Positions 26,088 to 38,564 are shown, counted from the stretch's first letter. The stretch is 64,000 nucleotides of DNA from Octopus sinensis (GCF_006345805.1 NC_043018.1:23312001-23376000), one strand, 5' to 3'. Translations and numbers: made by a program. The notes: a model not told the origin generated them from the letters alone.

Positions 26088-26788
26088 TCGATTCCCAAAC
26101 TGGGCGTTGTGAGTGTTTATTGAGCAAAAACATCTAAAGTTCCTCTAACGGAGGGTGGTGGTGAACCCTACTGTACTCTTTCACCACAACTTTCTCTCGT
26201 TCTTTCTTCCTGTTATACCTGTATTTCAAAGGGGTCAGCCCAGTCACACTCTGTATCACACTGAATCTCCCCAAGAACTACGTTTAGGGTACACACGTCT
26301 GTGGAGTGCTCAGCCACTTACACGTTAATTTCATGAGCAGGCTGTTCCATTAATCGATCAACTGGAACCCTCGTTGTCATAACTGACGGAGTGCCCCCCC
26401 ACATACACATACATACATACAAAAAAATAATGCACGTTTGCTTCTTCCTGGTTTTAGTGTTGTTGAGTGCATTCCCCCTCCTGTTCTTTCAATCTTCCAC
26501 ATTTAAAGGGGGTTAAAATCATTCTTCTTCAGTGTGGCCTTTTGTTGGTCTGTCAGCCATTTCTTTCATCCTCCAACCAAGCACTGGCCATGCTACAACT
26601 GCATCTGTTATTTATGATGACTTTTTACATGAAGAAAGTGCCAAAGCTGATGTCAACATGTTGAGCCAATCTGTAGTGCTATAGTTAAACATGGTGCTGC
26701 ATGAGATAAGATAGAGGCTAATGGTTTAATTCTCAAGTGTCTAAACTGGCCATAACTTGCCAAAATATTCTATGTGTTTTATGCTTAA

Positions 26789-27010
26789 CCCTTTCGTTAC
26801 CGTATTTATTTTGAGATGCTCTGTGTTTCTTTCCATTAATTTTAAATATAACAAAGAATTTAGTAAAATAACTTAATTACCATTAAGCTAGTGTTAGGAA
26901 CATAAATTGTGACTAAGGTTTGGTGAAAGGTTTTAATTGAAAAATTAAGAAAACAAGGCATTTGTACTACAGAGCCAGAGGCGGTTTCGGCCAGGTTGGT
27001 AATGAAAGGG
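26789..27010. mobile_element. piggyBac-like MITE, second family
   Basis: TTAA|CCCTTTCGTTACC ... GGTAATGAAAGGG|TTAT. The same end (ggtaacgaaagggTTAA) closes an element at about 123-140. Confidence 0.75.
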
Positions 27011-27470
27011 TTATGCATGTCCCAATCTCACACCTACTCTATAATGGCATTCTAAAAATACACAATCACATCATTGAAATCTGAATGCTGCAACATAATG
27101 CATGATTAATTCAAAACAATGTGAATAAATAAGTATTATATTTGTTCAAAGTATGGATGTTAAAAGGATTAAACATATTTTCCCATGATAGAACATAATG
27201 CTATATGATAGAACATGGTACCACATGATAGAATGTAGTGCTACATGTTAGGGCATGTGGTTTACTGTCTGTTTTGTAATAGAACTTGATTTCATGGTTC
27301 AGTATGTTAGATCAATCTGGTTTAATGGTTAAATATGGCAATATATGACAGAAAAGGGATTATGAGATAATAATATTGTTACATGATAGAATGTGCAACT
27401 TACCTATTAAATCTGGTGCTATATGAGATGTGATTTAATGGTGTCTCTTTGGTTTTCTCTTCAATTTCAG

Positions 27471-28775
27471 ATGAAAATTCCAACCGATAACCAGAGCAAA
27501 GTGTGCAACATAAACCCTCACCGTTACTTACTTGGTGTTCCGACTACCGATCCCCAGTTCATGAAACCTGGTGGCAACCGCCCAGTCTCCATAGCTCCCA
27601 CGCCGCAGTCTGTAAGCAAAGCCAATGTTGCCCCACACCCGACAGCTCCCTCCCCTCTACCTCTGGACCTTCTGCCCCCATCTCCCACCCCGAACAGCGT
27701 CAACACGAACCAGTTTTCCTCATCACTTCAGTATAGAGGCCCGAGTCCATCATTTCCTTCCCACATCGCTTTGTCTTCGGCAAACGTTCGGCTACAGCAA
27801 CAGCAGCAACTGCAGCAGCAACAGCAGCAACAACAGCAGCAGCAGCAACTGCATACTCAACAAGCTCCGCAGCAATCCTACCCTTCCGTCAACCAGACTC
27901 AGTTTCCGAGAAGAGGTCCTTTCCTGCCACATCAAACAACCCAACCGCCTCAAATGCAAAGCGGGTTGAACGAACGCTACCCTGGCACCACCAGTCACCT
28001 GAACCGCATTGCTCTCACTGCCGGAGCACATTTACCCGCGCAATCGCAGCCCCCTGATAACTCACCGTACTCGAATGCAACCGTGGTCAACTCGACCGCC
28101 CCGAACCCCTATTCAACCGCAGGCATAGTCAGAGCTCCACAGCCAGGTCCACCCCCGCCTCCACCCCAACAGACCCCTCTCTCTTCTACTGTTCAGTCTA
28201 CTGCTGTCACTGGTCCAGCCCAAGTCCCCACACTGGCACAGAACTTCCCTTCCTCTCAGTCATTCTTGCCGCCATCATCAAAGTTCCCTGCTGCAGTTCC
28301 CACTCAGTCTGCAAACAGTGGGGGACCCTTGAGTAATCACCAGTTCCTGAATTTTACAAACCAACCTTCTCCACCTGGGCCGCCTGCTCCTCCTCACTAC
28401 CCACAGGCTTTCGGCCCTTCGGCTGGCGAAACCCTGAAAGGGCAGAAGTCGTCTAGCAGTATGCAATGCCAGAAGTCGACGCCATCACCCATTGGGGGTC
28501 CATTGAGTGGACCTCAACAGAACCCTTCTCCACAGCAGCAGCAAGGTTTGGGGCAACCAGCAGCAACATCAGCAGTAGCACAGAGTCAAGTGCACCCAGA
28601 CACTCTAAACAAGTCATTGCTGAACTCATTGTCACAAAGTTTAGCCCTATCTCTAGCTGAGGGTTGTTCTCCCACTGAGGACATGGAACATAGCGAGCTT
28701 CAACAACCGTGTGATGACTTCACTACTGATCCTTCAGACATCTTGGGTGGTTTCTCTCATTTAGTTGCTATTCAG
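27471..28775 (+). CDS. SMG7: SMG7 large Pro/Gln/Ser-rich exon (435 codons, poly-Q tract)
   Basis: tttcag acceptor, gttagt donor at 28776. Long open GC-richer frame, phase 0 to 0, consistent with the low-complexity C-terminal region of SMG7. Confidence 0.88.
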
Positions 28776-28789
28776 GTTAGTTTTAACCA

Positions 28790-29192
28790 GTTCTTATCTA
28801 TCTCTGTCTGTTTGCCTTTTTCTCTCTATCTATCAATCTGTCTACCTATCTATCTACCTACCTATCTGTCTATTTACCTATCTGTCTATTTACCTATCTG
28901 TCTATCTACCTATCGGTCTATCTACCTATCGGTCTATCTACCTATCGGTCTATCTACCTATCGGTCTATCTACCTATCGGTCTGTCTACCTACCTATCTA
29001 TCTATCTACCTATCTATCTATCTACCTATCTATCTATCTACCTATCGGTCTATTTACCTATCTGTCTATTTACCTATCTGTTTATTTACCTATCTGTCTA
29101 TTTACCTATCTGTCTATCTACCTATTGGTCTATCTACCTATCGGTCTATCTACTTATATATCTACCTATATATCTATCTATCTATCTACCTC

Positions 29193-29224
<32 letters not shown>

Positions 29225-29300
29225 TCTCTCTATCTATCTATCTATCTCTCTATCTATCTATCTATCTATCTACCTCTCTGTCTGCCTTTCTATCTACCTA
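28790..29300. repeat. (TCTA)n-derived minisatellite immediately after the large exon
   Basis: tctatctacctatcgg / tctatttacctatctg 16-mers in tandem. Confidence 0.9.
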
Positions 29301-30100
29301 CATACACCTACTTCTCTATCTATCATTCATTTGCTCTGTCTATCTGTCTGTCCTTCACATCTGCGCTCTCACTCTTTTTTTCTGTCTCTCTCCTCCTCCT
29401 CCTTTCTTGTTATCTGTCTGTCTATCTACTGCTGTCTTATTCACAATGTGTCTGCCTTGTTTATCTTCCCTTAGTGAGCTCTCCCCATTCTTTCCTCATT
29501 TTGTTTACGACCATATCTAGCTATAAAGATGTGTAATTGAACTATAAAGACATGATCCACTTTACATCCAAAATTGTGTGGCTTAGCTCACTTCCAAACC
29601 ACATGGTTCTGCGTTCAGTCCCACTGCAAAGCACTTTGAGCAAGTGTCTTCTACTATAACCCTGAGCCAAACCAAAGCCTTGTGAGTGGATTTTGTAGAT
29701 GGAAACTGAAAGAAGCCTGTCATACATACACGTCTCCTTGTCTTGTCGCCACATGGTTGTTGTAAACAAGTGTCACCATCATACAGGCAGTGTCCTTTGT
29801 TTCCAATCTTCCCTGAAAACATGTCTGACCATGAAGGAAATAGGTGAGGATTGGTGACAGGAAGAGCAGCCATCCATAAAAAATCTGCCGCAACAAGTTA
29901 AGCGTTTAAGAGTGGATGTTAAAATGATGGTGATGGCGATGAAATGCTTGTCTCCAATGATTAGCCACTCCTTATATGCCCTTCCCTTCAAAAAAATAAT
30001 GATAAATAAAAATAGGTTTAAAACTTTATTAAGAAAATTTTTTTATATAATCTAAATTAATTCTGTATAACTAATTTCTGTGTATTTTTCTCATTTGTAG

Positions 30101-30163
30101 CCACCTAAACCCAGCCAGCTTGATTTTCTAGCTTCTTCGAAACCCTTCCAAGGACACGCTGAA
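30101..30163 (+). CDS. SMG7: SMG7 exon
   Basis: ttgtag acceptor, gtaagt donor. PPKPSQLDFLASSKPFQGHAE, phase 0 to 0. Confidence 0.8.
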
Positions 30164-31605
30164 GTAAGTGGAAACTCACCTAAATATGAATGTTTTATGT
30201 TCAACCCTTTAGCATTTAATCTGGCCATATCCAGCCCAAATAGTCTACCTATTTTATGCTCATACTGGTCAGATCTAACATCATCATCATCATCATTGTT
30301 TAACATCCGTTTTCCATGCTAGCACGGGTTGGATGGTTCGACCAGGGTCTGGGAAGCCAGGAGGCTGCACCAGCTCCAGTCTGAATCTGGCAATGTTTCT
30401 ACAGTGGATGCTCCTAACCACCAAATCCGTTGTAGGGGTGCTTTTTTACGGTGCCAGGGGAGGCTGGCAGTGGCCACAATCGGTTGGTGCTTTCACACAT
30501 ATCCTACAATGTCATTCTAAAAACAAGCAATCCCATCCAAATCTTGAAGCTACAAGATAATGCATTGTCTATTCAAAACAATGTAAATAAATTAAGCATT
30601 ACATTTGACAGCCATCTAAATGCTAACGGGTGAACCCTCTCAGACCTGGGCCCCCTGTGTCTAACTTTAAACTCCACCTAGGCTCCTGAGCAAAAAAATA
30701 GTTTCATATACAGCACAAGAGTAATGATTGCTGGTAAATGAACAAAAAAAAATATTCAGATATTGTAGGGCTGTGTGTAGGTAGGGAACCAGGATCTCCC
30801 CACACACTGACTGACTGTTTGTTGTGTAAAGGGAACTGGTTGATTCTTTACACTTCTTGGGTGCAGCACAATTTCCTTTCTTTTTGTTTCCAGAAACTAC
30901 CAGTCAGGAACAAAACGCAACTTTAAAATATATATGAATCTTTATTCTCTATTTACAATGAAGCACGTTGTTATTTGGTATCCACTTGTTCAATATAGCA
31001 AGGCTGAATTTTAACATTTGTAAGATTCTTACAACAAATTCAGCAGCAACAGAGCAGGTCAAATCCTAAGCGTCTGGGACAGGAGAATGGCTGATCACAC
31101 GTTTAACACGTCCTTCCTCTTCAATAGCCGTGTCTCAAGTCAACGACGCTAACAAGGAACACGATAGAATTTTCTTCCCCAGTCTCTAGCGCATGTGCAT
31201 GAGGGAACTTCCTTAGACCTTTGCAGAAGGTTCCAGCCCCACACACGCACACTGGAAAATGACGTCACTACAGTTGTATAGCAACATAGTTAAGTGATTT
31301 GGACTGACTGGGAAGTAAGGAATCCAGTGTGGTCACATGGGAGGACGTGCAATATCCTCTTGAGAGACAGATTTTCTATAAATCTATAGCGGAAACGACC
31401 ACGGTGTGTGTGTGTGTGTTTGTAGTCAGAGGTGTGGTGAGAGGTAGGGTGGTAAGAAAAGTGTTGATTTCTATGTCTTCAGGATTGCTAATTATCAACA
31501 AGGTACTAGGTTGGGTTAGGTAAGCCATCATCATCATCATAACTAATTACTATAAGTATCATCACTGTCTCTTATTAATCGCCTTTTATTTTCTGATTTT
31601 ATTAG

Positions 31606-31649
31606 GGAGTTCCAAAACCTGACAGTCCCTTAGCAGCATCAGAGAAAAG
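31606..31649 (+). CDS. SMG7: SMG7 exon
   Basis: attag acceptor, gtgagt donor. GVPKPDSPLAASEK, phase 0 to 2, which is required to join the next exon in frame. Confidence 0.82.
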
Positions 31650-33517
31650 GTGAGTAGTGTGCATGCGCACTCTTTCTTCTCCTACTCCTCCCCCCCTGCC
31701 TACACCCATTCAGTCCAAACACACCTGTAACACTATCCCAACAGCACACACACTTACACCCTCTCCCTCTCCACACACTCTTAATTCAGACACACCTGCA
31801 ACACCATCTTGGCTACATGTGCACACACACACACACACACACTGTCTCTTCTTTCTTTCTCACTCTTTCTTTTTCTCTCTGTCTCTCCTCCATTCAGTCC
31901 AGACACATCTACAACACCATCTCAAGTATACATACACACACACTCACACACACACTCACACAGACACACACACTCACACAGACACACACACTCACACAGA
32001 CACACACACTCACACACACACAAACACTCACACACACACACACACACAAACACTCACACACACACACACAAACACTCACACACACACAAACACACACAGA
32101 CACAAACACACACAAGCACATTCACACAAACAAACTCACTCACACACAGACACTCACACACAAACACACTCACACACAAACACACTCATACACAAACTCA
32201 CACATACACACACTCACACACACACACAAACACTCACACACACAAACACTCACACACAACCCCCCCCACACAGAGTCTCTCCTTGTTTTTTTCCCCCCTT
32301 CCTTCTCCCACTCTTGTTCATTTCAGACACACGTACAACACCATACCAACAACCAACAATGTTTTTTTCTCACACCCGGCCACAGAAATGCACTCCCCCC
32401 CCCACCAAGAAAGCAATCATGTTATCCGTTGTTGCATTCATCCCAAACACTGCGCCGACTGAGATGCACAACGGGTGCAATGGGTGCAGAATGACGGCAA
32501 CTCTCATGGTCTGACAATCTCCACTTGACCCACCTTTCTTACGGTCTTAAACCTTCTGACATACAGACTCTACCATTCCATCTGATTGATCCCTAAATGT
32601 TGTATTTCAAGGTCCAGTCTTTGTACAGAGACAGCCAGGGTTTCTTCTATGGCACTTAGTCGTTAGCTGACCACTCGTGTGCTGTATTGGTCAGTTGAAT
32701 CAGTGGTGACCTGATGCTTCACACAACCATCACCACAACCACTACTACTAGTCATCATCATTATCATACGTCTGTTTTTCCATGCTGGCATGGGTTGGAT
32801 GGTTTGACAGGAGCTGGCAAGGCCGGAGAGCTGCGCCAGGCTCCAATTGTCTGTTTTGGCATGGTTTTTGCAGCTGGATGCCTTTCTCCGACACCAACCA
32901 CTTTGCAGAGTGTGCCGGGTGCTTTTGTATGTGGCACTGACACAGGTGCTCATATGTGGCACTTGCACAAGTTGCTTATCATGAGGCACTGTCATGAGTG
33001 CATTTTACTAACATTACTGCTATCACAACCACCACCACCACCACCACTACTTCTACAATCATTACTACCACCACAACCACTACTGTTATTAATACTAATA
33101 TTACTATTGCTACTACCACCACAACCATTCATCAGCAACACCTATTTCTTTACTACCCACAAGGGGCTAAATACAGAAGGGACAAACAAGGACAGACAAA
33201 TGGATTAAGTCGATTATATCGACCCCAGTGTGTAACTGGTACTTAGTTTAACGACCCCGAAAGGATGAAAGGCAAAGTCGACCTCGGCGGAATTTGAACT
33301 CAGAACGTAACGGCAGACGAAATACCACTCAGCATTTCACCCGGCATGCTAACGTTTCTGCCAGCTCGCCGCCTATCACCACCTCTACTATTATTAATAC
33401 TAATATTACTATTGCTACTACCACCACAACCATTCGTCAGCAACACCATCACCACTTCCACCATGCACTCCTACACATCACCACCACCACCACCACCATC
33501 ATCATTATGTAACATTG

Positions 33518-33567
<50 letters not shown>

Positions 33568-33597
33568 AATATGTCTGTCTGTGTATCTCTTTTCCAG

Positions 33598-33725
33598 TTT
33601 ACTTGGTACCGAAGGAGAATGTCTGTCAGGTCCCAGTCATGAAATGAACTCACAACCTGGTACTTACTCCCTGTTTAGTTCCTCACCTTGGTCAGTCCAT
33701 ATCACTGCTGCCGGAGATTCTAAGA
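33598..33725 (+). CDS. SMG7: SMG7 exon
   Basis: ttccag acceptor, gtaagt donor. ...QPGTYSLFSSSPWSVHI... matches the conserved SMG7 'YSLFxxxPWS' motif. Phase 2 to 1. Confidence 0.9.
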
Positions 33726-34090
33726 GTAAGTACAAAACACACACACACACACACACATGGTATTGCCTGATGGACAGGGGTAAGATGTCTGATAGGCAAG
33801 GCAGGTGGGCCATTATTGGAGAGGGAAAGTTATTACTTTCCAAATATGTGAAAATGCATGGCCTTAGTGGTTAGGGCGTTGCACTTACAATCGTGATATC
33901 GTGTGTTCATTTCCCAGACTGGGCAGTGCGATGGGTTTTTAAGCAAAACACTTCATTTCACACTGCTCCTGTCCACTCTGCTGGCAAAAATGGGTAATTC
34001 TGCGACAGATTGTACTCCTGGTCAGAGGGAGTGTTGGCCTGCTTGCCTGGCCAAGAGGGTGGCATCATTTGAAAGCTTAAAAAAAAAACA

Positions 34091-34310
34091 TGTAAAGCGC
34101 ATTGTGACCAGCAATGTACAACATCTAATAAATAATGTAAAGCGCATTGTGACCAGCAATGTATAACATTTCATAAACAATGTAAAGCGCATTGTGACCA
34201 GCAATGTATAACATCTCATAAACAATGTAAAGCGCATTGTGACCAGCAATGTATAACATTTCATAAACAATGTAAAGCGCATTGTGCCCAGTGATGTATA
34301 ACAACATCTG
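34091..34310. repeat. 45-bp tandem repeat (5 units) amplified within a SINE-D copy
   Basis: tgtaaagcgcattgtg at 34091, 34136, 34181, 34226 and 34271. Confidence 0.9.
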
Positions 34311-34466
34311 ATAGTCTGGTTGATCATGTGATCCACTTTCCAAATATAGCTGTCTTAATCTTTGATCCTTCTGCAGAGTTGGCCTGTACATTGCTTTTTT
34401 TTTTTTTAAACCTGGTACTTATTCTATCAATCTCTTTTGCTGAGCTACTAAGTTACAAGGACAGAT

Positions 34467-34497
<31 letters not shown>

Positions 34498-34702
34498 CAC
34501 ACACAGAAACTGTTTACTTTAAATTTGATTCCTGATAAACTCATGTTTATCTTTGTCATTACCTACAATCTATGGGCATAATGTGCTTGCATATGTATGT
34601 CCAGGGTTAACATAGGTAATTATACCAGTAATATAATGGATACTTCTAGCCCTTAAATGGTTATTCCAACCTCTAACTCTATTAACATATATATATATAA
34701 TG

Positions 34703-35171
34703 TCCCAAACTTTGGCATTGAGAGTTATACAAATACTAGAACTGGGCGCCACTGCATAGTGCCAAGGACTCCAAATTTGCCATCAAGATGTAGGACAAGA
34801 TACTGTGATAGTCTGCCTATGTTATGCTCATACTGGTCAGATCTAACATCATCATCATCGTTTAACATCCGTTTTCGGCTTCAGAGGTCCACAGCTCTTC
34901 AATATCCTCCCGAAGGAGCTGAGAGACCTGCATGGGGTGGATGCAGATGTCTTTAAAATAAAGCTGGACCTCTTCCTGTCAGGTGTCCCAGATAAACCAA
35001 CTTCACGGCAGGAGGTGCAGATGAGGGCAGCTGCATCAAACTCTCTCATGCACCAAATGTCAATTGCTAAAAAGCATTCGTGAAGTAAAATCATGTAGCA
35101 ACACTGAATGGCGGTGCCCCAGCATGGCCACAGCTCGTGAGCTGAAACTAGATAAAATGAAATGAAATGAA
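34703..35171 (+). mobile_element. second CR1-clade LINE 3' fragment, interrupted by a 61-bp insert
   Basis: PNFGIESYTNTRTGRHC...YCDSL | GFRGPQLFNILPKELRDL..FKIKLDLFLSGVPD, with an (ATGAA)n tail. Confidence 0.8.
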
Positions 35172-35375
35172 ATATATATGCACATACACACATGATGGGC
35201 TTCTTTTAGTTTCCAACTACCCAATCAACTCTCAAAGCTTTGCTTGGCCTGAGGTCATAGTAGAAGACACAATAGGATCGAACCCAAAACCATGTAGCTG
35301 GGAAGCAAACTTTTTACCACACAGCCACTCCTGCGCCTCTCCCTTCATTTATCTATTTTATATTTCTATTTGAAG

Positions 35376-35662
35376 GTCTGGGATCATCTCCGTTCTCATC
35401 GCAAGCAAGTAGCATCCGCAACTCACCGGATCCTTTATCCGAGACCTACTGCACCGAATCCAGCATGGTGACCCCGACTTTTGCCAGTGGCTTTGGTTTC
35501 TCCTTTTCATCCGCCAACGACCACTGGGGTTCTTCACCACCTGCCCCTGCACCTCTTCAGTCTACTCCACCTAATGCTGCTGCTGCTGCTGCCCCTCCTC
35601 CAGTGCCCGCAGGACCTCCTGGAGGAGCTACGTCGTCATACTTATTCCAGGGAAACCTCCAA
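35376..35662 (+). CDS. SMG7: SMG7 penultimate coding exon
   Basis: tgaag acceptor, gtaaga donor. SLGSSPFSSQASSIRNSPDP...YLFQGNLQ is open, phase 1 to 0. Confidence 0.87.
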
Positions 35663-36167
35663 GTAAGACGATTCTCTTTGTTTTGGTTTGGTTTGAAAAT
35701 GAAACAAAAAAAAACAAAATTGTCACAACAACATAAGTAAACAACCTTTTACGTTGGTTTTAGAAGCGTTGAATGTGTATCGTATTGTACAACCAAGGAA
35801 GTAATATTTTAAACACAGCATGGCCGTAAAAACAGCAGAAGGACTGGGTGTTGTTACCCTTATAAGATGGTAAAAAAGTTGTCAACTGACAATCATATGG
35901 CTTTTTGTTAACATCTTTTTTTTCTGCCTTATAAAAGTAATAATATCCAACAATCTTTCTGCTGTTTACATGGCTATATTGCATTCAAAATATTACCTTT
36001 TTGTTTGTACCAAACATTGTTGATTTTGGAGATGTACTCGCATAGCAAGTGACTTGATCTGAGATCGTGTGCTGAAAAAACGAAAACAATTGCAGCATGG
36101 AAGGTGTTTGTAAGCCATTTAAGAAACACACAAAAGCCGTTCGATTCACTTCAACATTTAAGTTTAA

Positions 36168-36218
36168 TCTGTCAAAATATTTTCGTCGCTTTAAAACCGC
36201 GACCTGTTCACTGACAAA
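36168..36218 (-). ncRNA. type I hammerhead-like fold with G3:C8 variant core
   Basis: Minus strand: UUUGUCA-GUGAACA-G-GUCGC-GGUUUUAAA-GCGAC-GAAA-AUAU-UU|UGACAGA. Stem I 7 bp, stem II 5 perfect bp, palindromic AAUAUU stem III. Confidence 0.6.
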
Positions 36219-36315
36219 AATCTAATTTTTTATCTTTTTCTTTTTAGCAAGAAGTCAGCAGTTGAACCCAGATCACCGTGTCTTAAATTTTCTTTTCTGA
36301 TTGCTTTCCTTGCAG

Positions 36316-36399
36316 TCTCTCTGGTCTGTTGCTGGTCCCTCACCACTGAAGAAGCTTCTGGAAGTTCAGAAACAACAACGTCAGAACGACCCCCATTGA
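36316..36399 (+). CDS. SMG7: SMG7 last coding exon with stop codon
   Basis: tgcag acceptor. SLWSVAGPSPLKKLLEVQKQQRQNDPH* resembles the vertebrate C-terminus 'SIWS...GPSALEQLLMQQKQKQQR...PH' (recalled). Confidence 0.92.
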   Translation, partial: SLWSVAGPSPLKKLLEVQKQQRQNDPH

Positions 36400-36707
36400 A
36401 AGTAAATATTGGCCATTGCAGGACAAAGATGCTGCTGTGTTTTGTACAACAAAATTCTGGTGCTCCAGCTGGACTGCCACCCTTGTTGAAAAAAGAAAAA
36501 GGGAGAAGGCCACTCTGAGTTTCTCACTACCACTGGCCGCTGGTCAGGTTCATTCCTCTAGTAGGACAATGTCCTATTTTGGAAGTTACCGCTACACATT
36601 GGGATGGAGAAGGCCGACCCATGTCCACCTGCTTCCAGCCTAGCATTGACCAATAGTATTTTTGGGGATCATTTTTAAGAAAATAAATGGAAAAAAAAAT
36701 GTATATC

Positions 36708-36754
<47 letters not shown>

Positions 36755-38564
36755 GTACGTATCTTTAAATATACATATATATATGTGTGTGTGTGTATAT
36801 ATAATGTTTATATCTATAAATATATATATATATATGTATATGTATGCATATATCTATAAATATGCATATATATAGGTATGTATGTATCCATAAATATAAA
36901 TATATGTACTTGTGTGTGTGTGTATATATGTGTGTAGCATGTATCTATCTATCTCTCTCTGTCAAACTACGTATATACATATACACACACATACACACGT
37001 GTATGTTTATATATATATATATGGGTATATGCATGCATACGTACACATATACACACACACATATATATGCACATAATGATAAATTTTAATTTCCCCCCAA
37101 AAACTAAACATTTTTTTGTCTTTTTTATTTTGTGAAATTTAACGGCAAAAAATTGAAAGTCAACACACATACCAACACATGCACACACACAGATATATAT
37201 ATATATATATATATAAAAACACACTTATAAACATATCTATTATTGTGAAAAGTGAGGAATTTTGAGCATACAGAAGAAAACAAAACAAAAAAACATTCTT
37301 GAAATATTTTGTGACGATGAGGGAGGATTGAGAGTGGAGGGGGGAGGGGGCATTTTTTTTCCCATTTTGCTTTTTTTTTCCCCTGCTTTTTTTTTTTTTT
37401 TTCTTGAAACAGAAAAGATATTCAAGAAGAAATTCTGGTACATTCTGTCTACTTTTCAACAGTTTCTTTTTTTTTTTATTTTTGGAAAATTTTTCATTTT
37501 TTTTTCTCTTGGTAGTAGAGCTGTATTTTTCATTTTGTTTTTTTTTTTTTCAAAGAAGAGAGGGGAGGGAGGGAGTTCTAGCTTTGTTTGTTTTTTTTTT
37601 GATATGTATTTTTTAAATATATATATTTTTTTCTTTTTTGGGGGTTTTTGCTTTTCCTTCCTTCCTTCCTTTCTTCCTTCCAAAAATCCCAAGACCAGTA
37701 AAGAAATAAAAGCAAAATCAACCAACCAAACAAACAAACAAGCAAACCAAAAAAAAAAAATGGTAAAAAGAAATTATCAAAAAAAAATTAAAATGTATGA
37801 TAAAAGCTACTCCCCTTCATTCACCCCCACCCCACAACAAAAATATACGAAACAAAACAATAACAAAGAAAAAAAAAAGAAACGGTTCTCTCCCCCCCCC
37901 CCGAAAAAAAAAATGAATTATATATGAAATGCATCAAACTATTATTAGCGAACTGTTTTGGTCTCCAGTCTGTTAATAGTCACTAAAAGCAACCAACTAC
38001 AACTACTACTGTAGTAGCAGCAGCAGCAACAACAACCATAACAACAATAACAACAACAACAAGTGGTGGCGGAAGGAGGGAGTGATTTTTATTGACCAAA
38101 AGCAATTACAGATAAAGACAAGGAGGAAAAAAAAGAGAGAGAGAATATGAGAATTTTGTTTTGCGTTTTGGTTGTTTTCTAATATCGCTCCCTCCCTCTT
38201 CCCTAGATCTTCCACCCCCCACTGTAAAAAAAAAAAAGAAGAAATTAAAAAAAAAAAAAACGGAAACCAAAGGAGGGTGGGTTGGATAGATCCACCAGTG
38301 TAGCCACCACCAAATTTACTATTATCGTCATCATCGTCATCGTTGTCACCACCACCTTTTGTCATTACATTGTGTAAATATGCATGTAGCTGCATGCGAG
38401 ATAGGGTTTCTCTGCATATCTACATAGATGTATGTGTGTTAGCGCATATATTCATATATATATATATATATATATACACATACATACATACATATAAAGA
38501 CGGACGGACACGTGTGTGTATTTGTAAAAATATGTATGTGTGTATATGAATACACACACACACG

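Noticed and set aside
28776-29474. C-terminal third of the 683-aa ORF 27423..29474
   Set aside because: It is read-through past the GT donor at 28776 into a stop-free (TCTA)n-derived minisatellite. It is not coding, and the true exon ends at 28775.
31025-31082. Gln-rich open stretch (LQQIQQQQSRSNPKRLGQENG*) as a possible extra SMG7 exon
   Set aside because: Splice signals are weak, the best acceptor puts it out of frame, and the flanking exons already join in frame.
31657-32514. Long His/Thr-rich ORFs (also 15301-15759, 18548-19107, 36662-39047, 51111-51629)
   Set aside because: They are translations of (CA)n, (AT)n and (CT)n repeats.
36346-36385. CUGAAGA...GAAAC...GUC hammerhead-like string in the last SMG7 exon
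   Set aside because: Stem I does not pair, stem II has a 2-nt loop with extra nucleotides before GAAA, and the sequence is explained by coding constraint.
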